NCBI GenBank assembly: GCA_018992565.1
Contig: JACVGW010000003.1
Location: forward strand, 178-64,177
Length of the DNA: 64,000 nucleotides
Reading direction: 5' to 3'
Source of the DNA: Theionarchaea archaeon
GTDB lineage: Archaea; Methanobacteriota_B; Thermococci; Methanofastidiosales; SZ-28-30
Shown: positions 9,700 through 19,476 of the stretch, in pieces
Numbering within the stretch: position 1 is the first letter of the stretch
How the letters are laid out: each line of letters opens with the position of its first letter
Made by a program: the position numbers and the translations under genes
Notes under the pieces: generated by a model
The model's input: the letters and a program-made list of their open reading frames with translations, nothing else
Database searches by the model: none
Told to the model about the DNA's origin: nothing

Positions 9700-10611
9700 T
9701 CACCTTTTTCTCAATCTCGGATTGACGATTTCATCCACTGCTCTTCCAATGAGGTAAAATGAAAGCGTCATCATTGTGATGCACAACCCAGGGGGAAGCA
9801 TCCAGTACCAGGTGAATGTGCTCCCTGTTGTCCTGCACCACTGGAGCATGATACCCCAGCTCACCCGTGTGGGATCTCCCAGTCCCAGGTAGGAAACACC
9901 TGCTTCAGTCAGGATTGCACCCAGGACCAGGAAGCTCATGTACAGGAAACTGAGGGGGAGTACATTTGGACCGATGTGACGGAAAATGATTCGTGCATCA
10001 GTAGCTCCCGCCACCCGGGCTGCTTCCACAAAGGGCCTCTGCTTCAGAGACAGTGTTTGAGAACGGATAACCCTTGATATGCCTCCCCATGAAAGCAGAG
10101 CAATAATGAGCACCAGAACCCAGATGCTCTGCTTACCCACCGCTGCTGATACGACAATAATCAGAGGCAGGAAAGGCAGGGTCAGCACAATATCCACCGT
10201 CCTCATGAGCAGTGTATCTGTTGCACCTCCATAGTATCCAGACACCAGCCCCACTGTGGTTCCAATGGCAACTGCTACCACAGCCGCAGTCAGGCCAATG
10301 AGAAACGCAATCTGGGCCCCTGACATGAGCTGAGATAGAATGTCCCTGCCCCAGAAGTCCGTTCCCAGAAGATGGGTTGTAGAAGGAGGAGACTTGGAGA
10401 CAATATAGGGGTCAAATCCAGTCATGGGGTGATAAATAGGATCTATGTGGGGCATCACAAACCCGAGAAGGGCAAACACAAGGAAGAAAATAAGGAACCC
10501 AATTCCCACCAGTCCAATCTTGTTCTCTTTGTACATTTCCCAGCTCTTTTTCCATTGCTGGATGCGTGCTTCCCACTTGGTTCTTGGTTTTTGTTCGTCC
10601 ATTCTAACCAC
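9700..10611 (-). CDS. oppC: oligopeptide ABC transporter permease (OppC/DppC type)
   Basis: BPD_transp_1-type permease with N-terminal extension and six TM helices. Confidence 0.85.
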   Translation of the reverse strand: MVRMDEQKPRTKWEARIQQWKKSWEMYKENKIGLVGIGFLIFFLVFALLGFVMPHIDPIYHPMTGFDPYIVSKSPPSTTHLLGTDFWGRDILSQLMSGAQIAFLIGLTAAVVAVAIGTTVGLVSGYYGGATDTLLMRTVDIVLTLPFLPLIIVVSAAVGKQSIWVLVLIIALLSWGGISRVIRSQTLSLKQRPFVEAARVAGATDARIIFRHIGPNVLPLSFLYMSFLVLGAILTEAGVSYLGLGDPTRVSWGIMLQWCRTTGSTFTWYWMLPPGLCITMMTLSFYLIGRAVDEIVNPRLRKR

Positions 10612-11589
10612 CTAGTACACAATTCTTGGATCTAAATAGGCATAGAGAATATCTGCCACCAGGTTTGCCACCAACACCATCAGGGCGATAAACAAGAACG
10701 AAGCCTGGGCCAGTGGATAATCAAAGGTCAGGGTTGCATCCACAATCAATTTACCCAACCCTGGGTACGAAAAGGTGGTTTCCGTGAGAACACCCCCTCC
10801 CACAGACCCGGCAACTGCAATGGCAAAAGCGGTCACCACGGGCAGCATGGCATTACGGGCAGCATGCCTGTCTCTGATTGTTTTCTCCGGTAACCCCTTT
10901 GCTCTGGCTGTCATGATATAGTCTTCTCGGAGCGTCTCCAGCATACTGGTACGCATCACCAGCATGCTCCCTGCAAAGAATGCCAGAGTCAAGACGGACA
11001 ACGGCAGTGCCACATGGTGCAAGACATCTAGCGCCTTGAGCCATATACTCGACGTGGGGTCTGACCAGACATCAGGGCCTTTCAGCCCTCCTAGCGGGAA
11101 TAAACCGAATTTATAGGAAAATATCCACAGCATGATGAGTCCCACCCAGAAAATCGGCATACAATAGAAGAACAGCCCAAAGAGTGTGGACCCAAACTCA
11201 AGCTTTCCTCCCCTCCTCCAGGCAATGATCTTGCCAAGTGTTATTCCCAGACTGTACGAAATGACATAAGACCCTGTCCACAAGAGAAGTGTTGCAGGGA
11301 GCTTCTCCATCACCAGATCGTAAACAGGCCGTGCATAGTAAAACGAACGCCCAAAATTCCCCCTGAAGAAATTCTTAAGATACAAAAGATATTGATACCA
11401 TATTGGCTTATCAAGACCAAACTGAGCTCGAATGATGGCTTTGTGCTCAGGTGTCATTCTGGTATCCAGCATGAAAGCAGTTGGATCTCCAGGCATCATT
11501 CTAAAGAGAATGAACATAATTGTCATAATAATTATCAGGGTTAAGAATATCTGTACTACCCTCTTTACGATGTACTTTTGCATGCTCAC
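10612..11589 (-). CDS. oppB: oligopeptide ABC transporter permease (OppB/DppB type)
   Basis: EAA-loop permease; motif MTARAKGL typical of OppB/DppB. Confidence 0.85.
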   Translation of the reverse strand: MSMQKYIVKRVVQIFLTLIIIMTIMFILFRMMPGDPTAFMLDTRMTPEHKAIIRAQFGLDKPIWYQYLLYLKNFFRGNFGRSFYYARPVYDLVMEKLPATLLLWTGSYVISYSLGITLGKIIAWRRGGKLEFGSTLFGLFFYCMPIFWVGLIMLWIFSYKFGLFPLGGLKGPDVWSDPTSSIWLKALDVLHHVALPLSVLTLAFFAGSMLVMRTSMLETLREDYIMTARAKGLPEKTIRDRHAARNAMLPVVTAFAIAVAGSVGGGVLTETTFSYPGLGKLIVDATLTFDYPLAQASFLFIALMVLVANLVADILYAYLDPRIVY

Positions 11590-11630
11590 GTTATCAACCT
11601 CCTCCTTTCAACTTTTTTGGTTCTGATTGC

Positions 11631-11657
11631 TGTCAAAAAAAATAAAGAAAAAAAGGG
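11631..11657 (-). terminator. oligo-T tract immediately after the oppA stop (candidate intra-operon archaeal terminator/attenuator)
   Basis: Minus-strand sequence CCCTTTTTTTCTTTATTTTTTTTGACA follows the oppA TAA; an SD (AGGAGGAGG) for oppB lies just after it. Confidence 0.4.
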
Positions 11658-13496
11658 TTAATTTCGCCTCTTGAGATAGAACGCGCTACCTCCAATCACT
11701 GCAAGCGCCACAAAGAGCGTTCCGAGACACGTTCCGCCTCCTTCTTCTTCCTCTTCTTCGGCTGCAGGTGTCTCCTCTGGAGCTGCAACAGGTTTGACGT
11801 ACATGATGGAGTCTGCAATTCCGTCAAGCTGATCAAACCAGCCAGAGAAGTGGTCGTTCCTGTAGGCTTCAACGGCCGCAGGAGCAAACAGTGGAATGTA
11901 CGGTACTTCATTCGCCAGGTACTCCTGCAGTTTGAACGCTGCCTGAATCTTCTCTTCCCGTGGTCCACAGGTGACCAGGTCATCAGCCAGTCTGTCAAAC
12001 TCGGGGTTGGAGTACTGAGGAATATTGTAACCATACTCCATGATCTGCGAGGAGTGGAAGAAGTCTCTCAGGTAGTCAGGATAGATGGTCAGAGACCAGC
12101 CCAGAACGAACATGTCGTAGTCACGCTCACCCATAGCCTTCTGGACAATAGTACCAAACGCAGTGGGTTGAGCAGCAACGGGTAGGCCAATCTGTTTCAG
12201 CCATTCCTGAATCAGCATACCGGACATAGCACGCAGTGGGTCGTAATCAGCAGGCGGTGTCAGGATAACAAATGGCTTGATGTACTCTCCCTTGTACTTA
12301 ATGCCTTCTCCAGGGACAACAGCTCCTTCTTCAACAGTGGGCTCCACATCCCAGGAGTAATTTCCTGTCTGCTTGAGGATATCCACTGCTTCCAGGACTC
12401 TGTCTGTCATGGGCTTGCCATAGCCCCACTTGGTGACTTCAGTGTTGTACCACTGACGGTTGCCTGGGGGCACAACAGAGTAGAGAGCTTCACCATAGTT
12501 CTGCAACACTCTCTCCTGGATGAAGTCCCTGTCAACAAGAGTTGCCACAGCCTGTCTGAAAGCCACATCGCTGAAGGGTTCTCTTGCACAGTTGAACGCC
12601 ATGTACCGCATTCCGTTTTCAGGATTGTTGGTTACAGTGACATTGGGATCTGCTAAGAGATCTGACACATATCCGGGCTGAATTGCCCACCATATGTAGT
12701 CAATCTCACCCTTTTTCAGTCCTAGAATAGCAGCATCGGTGGTATCATAAATCCTGTACACGATATAGTCATAGTACGGACCGTGAACCAATTGAGTCCC
12801 ATCATCATACACATGGGTGCGACCGAAGTCGAAGTAGTCGGGGTTCTTCTTACACTTGACATATGAACCTCTCTGCCATTCCATGAAGATGAGTGGCCCA
12901 CAGCTCACCATTTCACCAGGTTCTACTGGCTGGTATTCCTGCAGAGCCTTGGTGGGGCTCTCTGCAGCTCTAAACTCAGCGAGTTTGGGTTCCCAGATGT
13001 GACTGGGTATTGGCAAACTCATGAGAGTTCCTTCAATAAAGGTTACTCTACATTCAGAGAGCACAAAGTGCAGAGTGTAGTCATCAAGAGCCTCCACTGT
13101 GTCGACAAATTCCCAACTGGACAGGTAGCGGCCAATCTGGAACTCCTTGACCATGTTACCAAACAAGGCATAGTCGTGAGCAGTCAGTGGTTTTCCATCA
13201 GACCATGTTGCGTCGTTCCTGAGCTTAACGGTGTACTCAAGCTTGTCAGAGGAAACCTCCGGCACTTCAAGAGCCACATTGGGAACGATCTTGAAGTCAA
13301 TCGGTCTGTATGTTACCAATCCTTCGTAGAAATAGGTCAAAACATTCCAATCCCATACATCCTGGGCCTGGAAAGGATTCATTGTCTTTGGCTCGTCTTG
13401 CATTCCAACGTTGAATGTCACTCCGCCCTGCGAGTGTACCGGTGCCATGCTAGCTACCAAAATTGCTACAATAGCGACTATAAAGAGTCTTTTCAT
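11658..13496 (-). CDS. oppA: ABC transporter substrate-binding protein, family 5 (oligopeptide-binding), with a C-terminal Gly/Glu linker, Cys and TM anchor
   Basis: SBP_bac_5 architecture and signal peptide; C-terminus EEEEEEGGGTCLGTLFVALAVIGGSAFYLKRRN; good SD (AAAGGAGG) upstream. Confidence 0.8.
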   Translation of the reverse strand: MKRLFIVAIVAILVASMAPVHSQGGVTFNVGMQDEPKTMNPFQAQDVWDWNVLTYFYEGLVTYRPIDFKIVPNVALEVPEVSSDKLEYTVKLRNDATWSDGKPLTAHDYALFGNMVKEFQIGRYLSSWEFVDTVEALDDYTLHFVLSECRVTFIEGTLMSLPIPSHIWEPKLAEFRAAESPTKALQEYQPVEPGEMVSCGPLIFMEWQRGSYVKCKKNPDYFDFGRTHVYDDGTQLVHGPYYDYIVYRIYDTTDAAILGLKKGEIDYIWWAIQPGYVSDLLADPNVTVTNNPENGMRYMAFNCAREPFSDVAFRQAVATLVDRDFIQERVLQNYGEALYSVVPPGNRQWYNTEVTKWGYGKPMTDRVLEAVDILKQTGNYSWDVEPTVEEGAVVPGEGIKYKGEYIKPFVILTPPADYDPLRAMSGMLIQEWLKQIGLPVAAQPTAFGTIVQKAMGERDYDMFVLGWSLTIYPDYLRDFFHSSQIMEYGYNIPQYSNPEFDRLADDLVTCGPREEKIQAAFKLQEYLANEVPYIPLFAPAAVEAYRNDHFSGWFDQLDGIADSIMYVKPVAAPEETPAAEEEEEEGGGTCLGTLFVALAVIGGSAFYLKRRN

Positions 13497-13862
13497 ACAC
13501 GAACCTCCTTTTCTCTTTTGCCGATCGAGTCGGCTATTACTCCTAATAGCATCCTACTTATAAAGGTTTCTGTCAAGGGTCAAAGAGGTCCAGAAGGTAG
13601 CTAAGCAAACATAGAGGATACTCTTCCCTTTTTCTGTCATCCTGAGTCAAAAGTCAACAGAACCACCCTTTTCTGAGCACGACTGTGCACGTATTAATGT
13701 TTTCCCACCATACTCACATGGCGGCGATCCTCTGTCTGCTCATTGTGGCAGAACAAAAGAAAGAGTCCTTTGTCATCCATATCATTCTCTCATGAATCCA
13801 TCTTTACCAGAGACTGCCATCCTCTCCCCGTATTGAACTCCCTGCATAGAGATGAGAACCTA

Positions 13863-14012
13863 GACCAACAATGAGAATATCACGGCCACAACGAAGAGAA
13901 AGACCAGTACCAGAATGTAGGGGAGAAAAATCTGCCAAAGGGCAATAGTAAAGGCGATGACATCTTTCGTGTCGGCCTTGTACTCCAGGTTATTTTCCAT
14001 GTCTTCCATTAC
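13863..14012 (-). CDS. possible small membrane protein (49 aa)
   Basis: ATG-initiated ORF MEDMENNLEYKADTKDVIAFTIALWQIFLPYILVLVFLFVVAVIFSLLV directly downstream of the 486-aa gene; below the ORF-track length cutoff. Confidence 0.25.
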
Positions 14013-14018
14013 GTGCAC

Positions 14019-15479
14019 CTACTCCTCATCTGAATAGAGATTTAAAAAGGTTTCTTGTGCCGATTCTGCAAGAAGAGAGAAGTCATTCGCTATTTCAGGG
14101 GACGCCTTGCTGCAAACCTTGAGAGCAACAGCCAGCATGATGAACCCTCCTGCATAAAAGAACACATCATGTGATAGAACAGTGGGCACATTCTCTCTGA
14201 GAAGAACAATCAATATGACCAGCCTCACTATATTCCACGCTGAAATCATGCCGAATCCTGCAAGAGAGAGGAGTACTTTTTCCTTGAAGGACGTGGTAGT
14301 GGCAAAGATCATTCCCACAAGTACTGCAATGAAGAACAGAGAGAGACAGGATTTCTCTATGGAACAGCCCTCCAGAAAGACAAAATCACTCCCTGCCACA
14401 TATGTCGTATAGATTCCACATGCATCAAGAATCCCCTTTGTGATCAAAGCAACTGCCTTCCTGAGCAGAAAATAGTCTGAAATATAGTAGATGATCACAG
14501 AGACTATGGCTGCTTTAACCACGAATGCACTGATTTCGTTGGAGATGAAGAAAAAGTACAATTTTTCCAGCGCATTCTCTTTCCGAGGATATTCACGGGT
14601 CATCAGTTCGTCCAGGAATATGGGCAGCAAAAGAATAAGCGTCATGATGATCACCCAGAAGGGTATGATCACGTTACTTGGTTGACGGATATCACTGTAC
14701 TGCGCCCTCTTGTCCAGGTTCACTTCAAAGATTTCTCTGGTAGACATACCTGTTATGAAATATGTATTATCTTCTCCTGCTGCAATTGCTCTGGGAAGAC
14801 TGTCAGGAGCGTAGTACCATAGAGTGGTCGTCTTGGACCTTGGATTGATGTGGTATACCTTGCGCGAGGTCACTCCTGTAACGATGATCTGACCGTTCTT
14901 GTATGCAATGTCTCCTGCGAAAGGCGTGGGTGATTCAAGAGTCTCCAGGATTTCTCCTGAATCTGGATCATATCGATATAAGAAAGAATTGGGGTAAATG
15001 TTGGCATAGAGATCGGGATACTCTTCAAGCCCAAACACATCCAGAACCCACAGAGACTCACCGTCCCAGGCCAGCCCATAGGGAGTACTGTAGGGGGCCA
15101 CATATGACCCCTCGATGGTCCCGTCCATAGCCACTTTATAGATGGTCCTTCTGGCATAGTCAGCTACCCAGAAGTCCTCCCCATCAAACGTCAATCCAGC
15201 GGCCTCGAAGCAGGGCACCTCTATTGTCCGAATGACCTGCTTCGTGTTCAGATCGTATTCCAGGAGCGCCTTGTCAAGACCTGAGGATATCCAGAGAGAG
15301 CCCTCGAGATAGTACAGCCCATTGGTGGTGTAGGTAGGGCGCTCAAAGATTTCGTCATTCTTGTATCGATTGGGGACAAACTTTTGCCCTTTCCACTCCT
15401 GGTATTCCCTGTTGGCAAAGAGAGCAAATAAGAAAAAGAAGAAAACGGCCACGACCAGTTTCTTGTTGTCGCTTTTCAT
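14019..15479 (-). CDS. fusion of a glutaminyl-cyclase-like (plant/bacterial type) beta-propeller domain to a C-terminal polytopic membrane domain
   Basis: N-terminal signal anchor; segment YTTNGLYYLEGSLWISSGLDKALLEYDLNTKQVIRTI...GLTFDGEDFWVAD matches the glutamine cyclotransferase beta-propeller pattern; C-terminal ~230 aa contain about six TM helices. Confidence 0.45.
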   Translation of the reverse strand: MKSDNKKLVVAVFFFFLFALFANREYQEWKGQKFVPNRYKNDEIFERPTYTTNGLYYLEGSLWISSGLDKALLEYDLNTKQVIRTIEVPCFEAAGLTFDGEDFWVADYARRTIYKVAMDGTIEGSYVAPYSTPYGLAWDGESLWVLDVFGLEEYPDLYANIYPNSFLYRYDPDSGEILETLESPTPFAGDIAYKNGQIIVTGVTSRKVYHINPRSKTTTLWYYAPDSLPRAIAAGEDNTYFITGMSTREIFEVNLDKRAQYSDIRQPSNVIIPFWVIIMTLILLLPIFLDELMTREYPRKENALEKLYFFFISNEISAFVVKAAIVSVIIYYISDYFLLRKAVALITKGILDACGIYTTYVAGSDFVFLEGCSIEKSCLSLFFIAVLVGMIFATTTSFKEKVLLSLAGFGMISAWNIVRLVILIVLLRENVPTVLSHDVFFYAGGFIMLAVALKVCSKASPEIANDFSLLAESAQETFLNLYSDEE

Positions 15480-16478
15480 TTAGATCAATGGATAGTGACA
15501 GGCCACAAAATGGCCGTCTCCCATATCTCGCAGCTGAGGAATCTCTGTGGCACAATTTTCTTTGGCATATCGACAGCGGGGATGGAACCTGCACCCTTTA
15601 GGCGGATTGGCGGGCGTGGGCACATCGCCTGTAAGGATGATCCTCTTCCTCTTCCTCCGAGGATCTGCTATGGGGGCTGCTGAAAGAAGTGCTTCAGTAT
15701 AGGGATGGTACATCTTCTCGAAGATCTGCTCTTCCTTGCCCATCTCAACGACGACACCCACATACATCACAGCTACCCGATCACTGATGTGCCTGACGAT
15801 GCTCAGATCGTGAGTGATAAACAGCATGGTCAATCCTTCTTCCTTCTGGATGTCAGACAGCAAGTTGAGTATCTTTGATTGAACAGAGACATCCAGTGCA
15901 GAGGTGGGTTCATCTGCCACAATCAACTTGGGCTTGAGGGCAATAGCCCGGGCTATCCCAATTCGCTGTCTCTGTCCTCCAGAGAATTCGTGTGGGTACC
16001 GGTATATGTGGAAGGGCGCCAACCCAACTTCACTCATGAGACGCAGAATGACCTTCTTCTTCTCTCCTGACTTCAGTTCACCATGGATGTCGAAGGGTTC
16101 TCCGATAATATCGTACACTGTCATCCTTGGATCCAGTGATGAGTACGGGTCCTGGTATATCATCTGAGCTTCTTTCCTGAACTCCTTCAGTTCACTGGTC
16201 CCCAGCGTGCTGACGTCTTTTCCTTCAAAGAGGATTTCTCCTGCTGTTGGTTCGATAAGCCTCAAGATAGTCTTTCCCAGTGTCGTCTTTCCACATCCAG
16301 ATTCACCCACAATACCCAGGATCTCTTTAGGCAAGACATCGAAACTCACATTGTCGACTGCCCTGATATCTCCCACCTTTCGCCCGAAGAATCCTGCAGT
16401 AATGGGGAAGTACTTCTCCAGATTCTTAATCTCCATAATTGGGTTCATAGCTTGGTCCCCTCCCTTCTGTGCCAGCAT
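15480..16478 (-). CDS. oppF: oligopeptide ABC transporter ATP-binding protein (OppF type), second operon
   Basis: Walker [10 protein letters not shown], signature FSGGQRQR, Walker [13 protein letters not shown]-terminal CRFHPRC motif. Confidence 0.85.
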   Translation of the reverse strand: MLAQKGGDQAMNPIMEIKNLEKYFPITAGFFGRKVGDIRAVDNVSFDVLPKEILGIVGESGCGKTTLGKTILRLIEPTAGEILFEGKDVSTLGTSELKEFRKEAQMIYQDPYSSLDPRMTVYDIIGEPFDIHGELKSGEKKKVILRLMSEVGLAPFHIYRYPHEFSGGQRQRIGIARAIALKPKLIVADEPTSALDVSVQSKILNLLSDIQKEEGLTMLFITHDLSIVRHISDRVAVMYVGVVVEMGKEEQIFEKMYHPYTEALLSAAPIADPRRKRKRIILTGDVPTPANPPKGCRFHPRCRYAKENCATEIPQLRDMGDGHFVACHYPLI

Positions 16479-17425
16479 TCAACATAGTGATCACCAACCC
16501 ACTCTCCTTTTGGTTGTTCTTTTTCGCAGACCTCTGTTGAAAAGTCACACCGAGGGTGGAACCTGCAACCAGATGGAGGATAGATGAGATTCGGGACAAC
16601 ACCCTTGATAACACCCAGCTTCTGCTTCTTCTCTGTCACCCTGGGTACGGCCTCATGAAGTGCTATGGTATAGGGGTGAAGTGGAGCATGGAAAATGGTA
16701 TCAGCATCTCCATATTCAACCAGCCGTCCAGCGTACATCACTCCCACATGATCAGACATCTCAGCAATGACACCCAGGTTGTGGGTGATGAGCAAGACTG
16801 TTGTGCCCAGCTCTTTCCTGAGGTTGTTTATCATATCCAAAACCTGTGCTTGAACTGTCACGTCGAGGTTTGTGGTGGGCTCGTCTGCTATCAGCATCTT
16901 GGGATTACATGAGAGAGCCATTGCAATCATGACTCGCTGCTTCATTCCTCCACTGAACTGATGGGGGTAGTCCTCCACACGAGCCTCAGGGTCAGGAATT
17001 CCCACAAGATCCAGCATTTCTATGGCTTTTTGTCTGGCCTCTTTCTTATCAAGACCCTGGTGAAGTTCAATCACCTCTCTCAACTGGTTGTCCACCGTAA
17101 ATACAGGGTTAAGCGCACTCTGGGGATCCTGGAAAATCATCGATATGTCGTTTCCTCTGATCTGCCTCATATCGCTCTCAGAAAGAGCAAGGAGGTTCAC
17201 ACCTTCAAAGAGTATCTCTCCCTCGATTATTTTCCCAGGAGGATCAGGAACAAGTCTGAGAACGGAAAGGGCAGTGACTGTTTTTCCACAACCAGATTCA
17301 CCCACCAGTCCCAGCGTTTCTCCCTGTTCAATGTGAAGATCGATTCCTTCCAACGCTCTTACTATGCCATCCTCTGTGTAAAAGTAAGTTTTCAGTCCTT
17401 TAATTTCCAGTAGATTATCAGCCAA
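16445..17425 (-). CDS. oppD: oligopeptide ABC transporter ATP-binding protein (OppD type), second operon
   Basis: Walker [10 protein letters not shown], signature FSGGMKQR, Walker [12 protein letters not shown]. Confidence 0.85.
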   Translation of the reverse strand: MADNLLEIKGLKTYFYTEDGIVRALEGIDLHIEQGETLGLVGESGCGKTVTALSVLRLVPDPPGKIIEGEILFEGVNLLALSESDMRQIRGNDISMIFQDPQSALNPVFTVDNQLREVIELHQGLDKKEARQKAIEMLDLVGIPDPEARVEDYPHQFSGGMKQRVMIAMALSCNPKMLIADEPTTNLDVTVQAQVLDMINNLRKELGTTVLLITHNLGVIAEMSDHVGVMYAGRLVEYGDADTIFHAPLHPYTIALHEAVPRVTEKKQKLGVIKGVVPNLIYPPSGCRFHPRCDFSTEVCEKEQPKGEWVGDHYVECWHRREGTKL

Positions 17426-17429
17426 AATA

Positions 17430-18368
17430 TCACCTTTTCAGTCGAGGATCCAGTGAATCTCTGATTCCATCACCCAGCAGGTTGAATCCCAAGACGGCGA
17501 TGAATATCATGATACCAGGTAGTACTGTAATCCACCAGGCTGTCCTCATGACATCTCTCCCTTCTGCGCATATTCGTCCCCAGGAAGGAATCACAGGATT
17601 TCCGAAGCCCAAGAATGCAACACCTGCTTCAGTCAGAATCGCAGCTGCCATACCGAAGGTTGCTGCTACAATGACAGGTGCAATTGCGTTGGGAAGCATA
17701 TGCCTCAAGATGATTCGGAGGTTGGATGCTCCCAATCCTCGTGCTGCTTCTGTAAACTGCCTTTCTCTGAGGGACAGAATTTCACTCCGTATTAGTCGGG
17801 CATACCCTGTCCAGTTGATGAAAGCGATGGCCAATCCAATCATGATCAGACCGCCTTCAGGATACAGAGTCACCAAAATTACAACTATTGGTATGAAGGG
17901 CAGTGCCAGGAAAATATCCACAAGTCTCATGAGGAATATGTCCAATACTCCTGCGTAGAAAGCAGAGATTGCTCCATAGAGGGTGCCAACTACTCCACCA
18001 ACGCCTACTGCAACAATCCCCACCAGGAGGGATCTCTCAGCACCGTACAGCAGGCGAGAATACAGACATCTTCCCAGAGCATCAGTGCCAAGTGGATATT
18101 GAGGGTTTTCACCTGGAGCAAGATAGCTGTTCATGAGCGAAACAGTATTAGGATCATTCGGTGAAATCTGCGGGGCCAAAACTGCCATGAGCACGACCAC
18201 CAGGAACACTGCCAATCCCACAATACCTGCTTTGTTTCTGATGAAGCGCCGGAGGGTGGTCATGAGTATTCCTGCACTTCGTTCGGCCTCGCGCAACTGC
18301 TGCTCCAGCTCTTTGTCCATTTCAGGTACTTCAGTAGTTTTCTTCTTCTTTTCTGCCATTGAAATCAC
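17430..18368 (-). CDS. oppC: oligopeptide ABC transporter permease (OppC type), second operon
   Basis: Permease with N-terminal extension; paralog of 9700..10611. Confidence 0.85.
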   Translation of the reverse strand: MISMAEKKKKTTEVPEMDKELEQQLREAERSAGILMTTLRRFIRNKAGIVGLAVFLVVVLMAVLAPQISPNDPNTVSLMNSYLAPGENPQYPLGTDALGRCLYSRLLYGAERSLLVGIVAVGVGGVVGTLYGAISAFYAGVLDIFLMRLVDIFLALPFIPIVVILVTLYPEGGLIMIGLAIAFINWTGYARLIRSEILSLRERQFTEAARGLGASNLRIILRHMLPNAIAPVIVAATFGMAAAILTEAGVAFLGFGNPVIPSWGRICAEGRDVMRTAWWITVLPGIMIFIAVLGFNLLGDGIRDSLDPRLKR

Positions 18369-18375
18369 CTATAGA

Positions 18376-19368
18376 CTAGAACTCCACTCTTGGATCAAGC
18401 CACTTGTAGGAAATGTCAATCAAGACATTGGCCACCAGAATAAGGGTTCCCAGTACCACAGTTATTCCTACAATAACGAAATAGTCCCTATGCTGAATTG
18501 CATAAACAAAGTACTTACCCAGGCCGGGCCATGAAAACACGGTTTCTGTTATAGGTGCTCCTCCCAGAGTAAGTGCAATCTGCATACCGGTAACAGTTAT
18601 TACCGGAAGCATTGCATTTCTCAATGCATGTTTGTAGACGACTACTCGTTCCTTGAGTCCTTTAGCCCTGGCTGTCATGATGTAGTCTTCGCGCAGGACA
18701 TTGAGCATTGACGATCGAACCAGCCGCGCATTATACGCAGTGGATGCGAGACCCAGAGTCAATGTGGGCAAAGCCAGATGTTTCAGGTAGTCCAGGTAGT
18801 ATGAGAAATCATGGGGAATGTCCCGTCCCAGAAACACTGTAGAATGGGCGCCTCCGCTGGGAAGCCATCCCAGTATCAGGGCGAACAAGAAGATGTTCAT
18901 CAACCCTAAGAAGAAGATCGGGAACGAAACACCCAGCAACGCTGCTGTCATCACCAGATTATCAGTTTTTGAATACTGCTTAACTGCAGAGACTATTCCC
19001 GCTGGTATAGCAACAGCTATTGAGAAAACCACAGCAAGCAACTGATATGACAGTGTGTTTACAACTCTGGCCCCGATTTCCTCGGAGACATCTCTCCCTG
19101 ATAGGAATGAAGACCCAAGATTCAAGGTTGCAAACTGTTTGAGCCAGTAGAAGTACTGGATATACCACGGTTGATCCAGGCCGTAGATCGATTTTATGTG
19201 TGCCACGTATGCAGGATCAGTGTCGGGCTGCAATGCCAACATGAGATCGACAGCATCCCCTGGCATCAGGTACATTAACATGAACACTATGAAAGAAATT
19301 CCCATCAGCATGGGAATAATCAGTATCACTCTCTTCAAGATGTATTCTCTCATTCCCATATCGCACAT
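18376..19368 (-). CDS. oppB: oligopeptide ABC transporter permease (OppB type), second operon
   Basis: MTARAKGL motif and six TM helices; paralog of 10612..11589. Confidence 0.85.
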   Translation of the reverse strand: MCDMGMREYILKRVILIIPMLMGISFIVFMLMYLMPGDAVDLMLALQPDTDPAYVAHIKSIYGLDQPWYIQYFYWLKQFATLNLGSSFLSGRDVSEEIGARVVNTLSYQLLAVVFSIAVAIPAGIVSAVKQYSKTDNLVMTAALLGVSFPIFFLGLMNIFLFALILGWLPSGGAHSTVFLGRDIPHDFSYYLDYLKHLALPTLTLGLASTAYNARLVRSSMLNVLREDYIMTARAKGLKERVVVYKHALRNAMLPVITVTGMQIALTLGGAPITETVFSWPGLGKYFVYAIQHRDYFVIVGITVVLGTLILVANVLIDISYKWLDPRVEF

Positions 19369-19445
19369 CCTCCTTTGTTTTGTCTAAAGAAAGTCTCCTC
19401 ATGTCGGGGCTGTTCTTCTTGTCCTCAGTCGTTTTAACTCTCCCT

Positions 19446-19471
19446 TCAAAAAAGGGAAAAAGGGAAAAAAT
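19446..19471 (-). terminator. oligo-T tract after the SBP gene stop (candidate terminator between the SBP and permease genes)
   Basis: Plus strand CAAAAAAGGGAAAAAGGGAAAAAATT, read as T tracts on the coding (minus) strand, 6 nt downstream of the stop at 19477. Confidence 0.4.
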
Positions 19472-19476
19472 TGATC

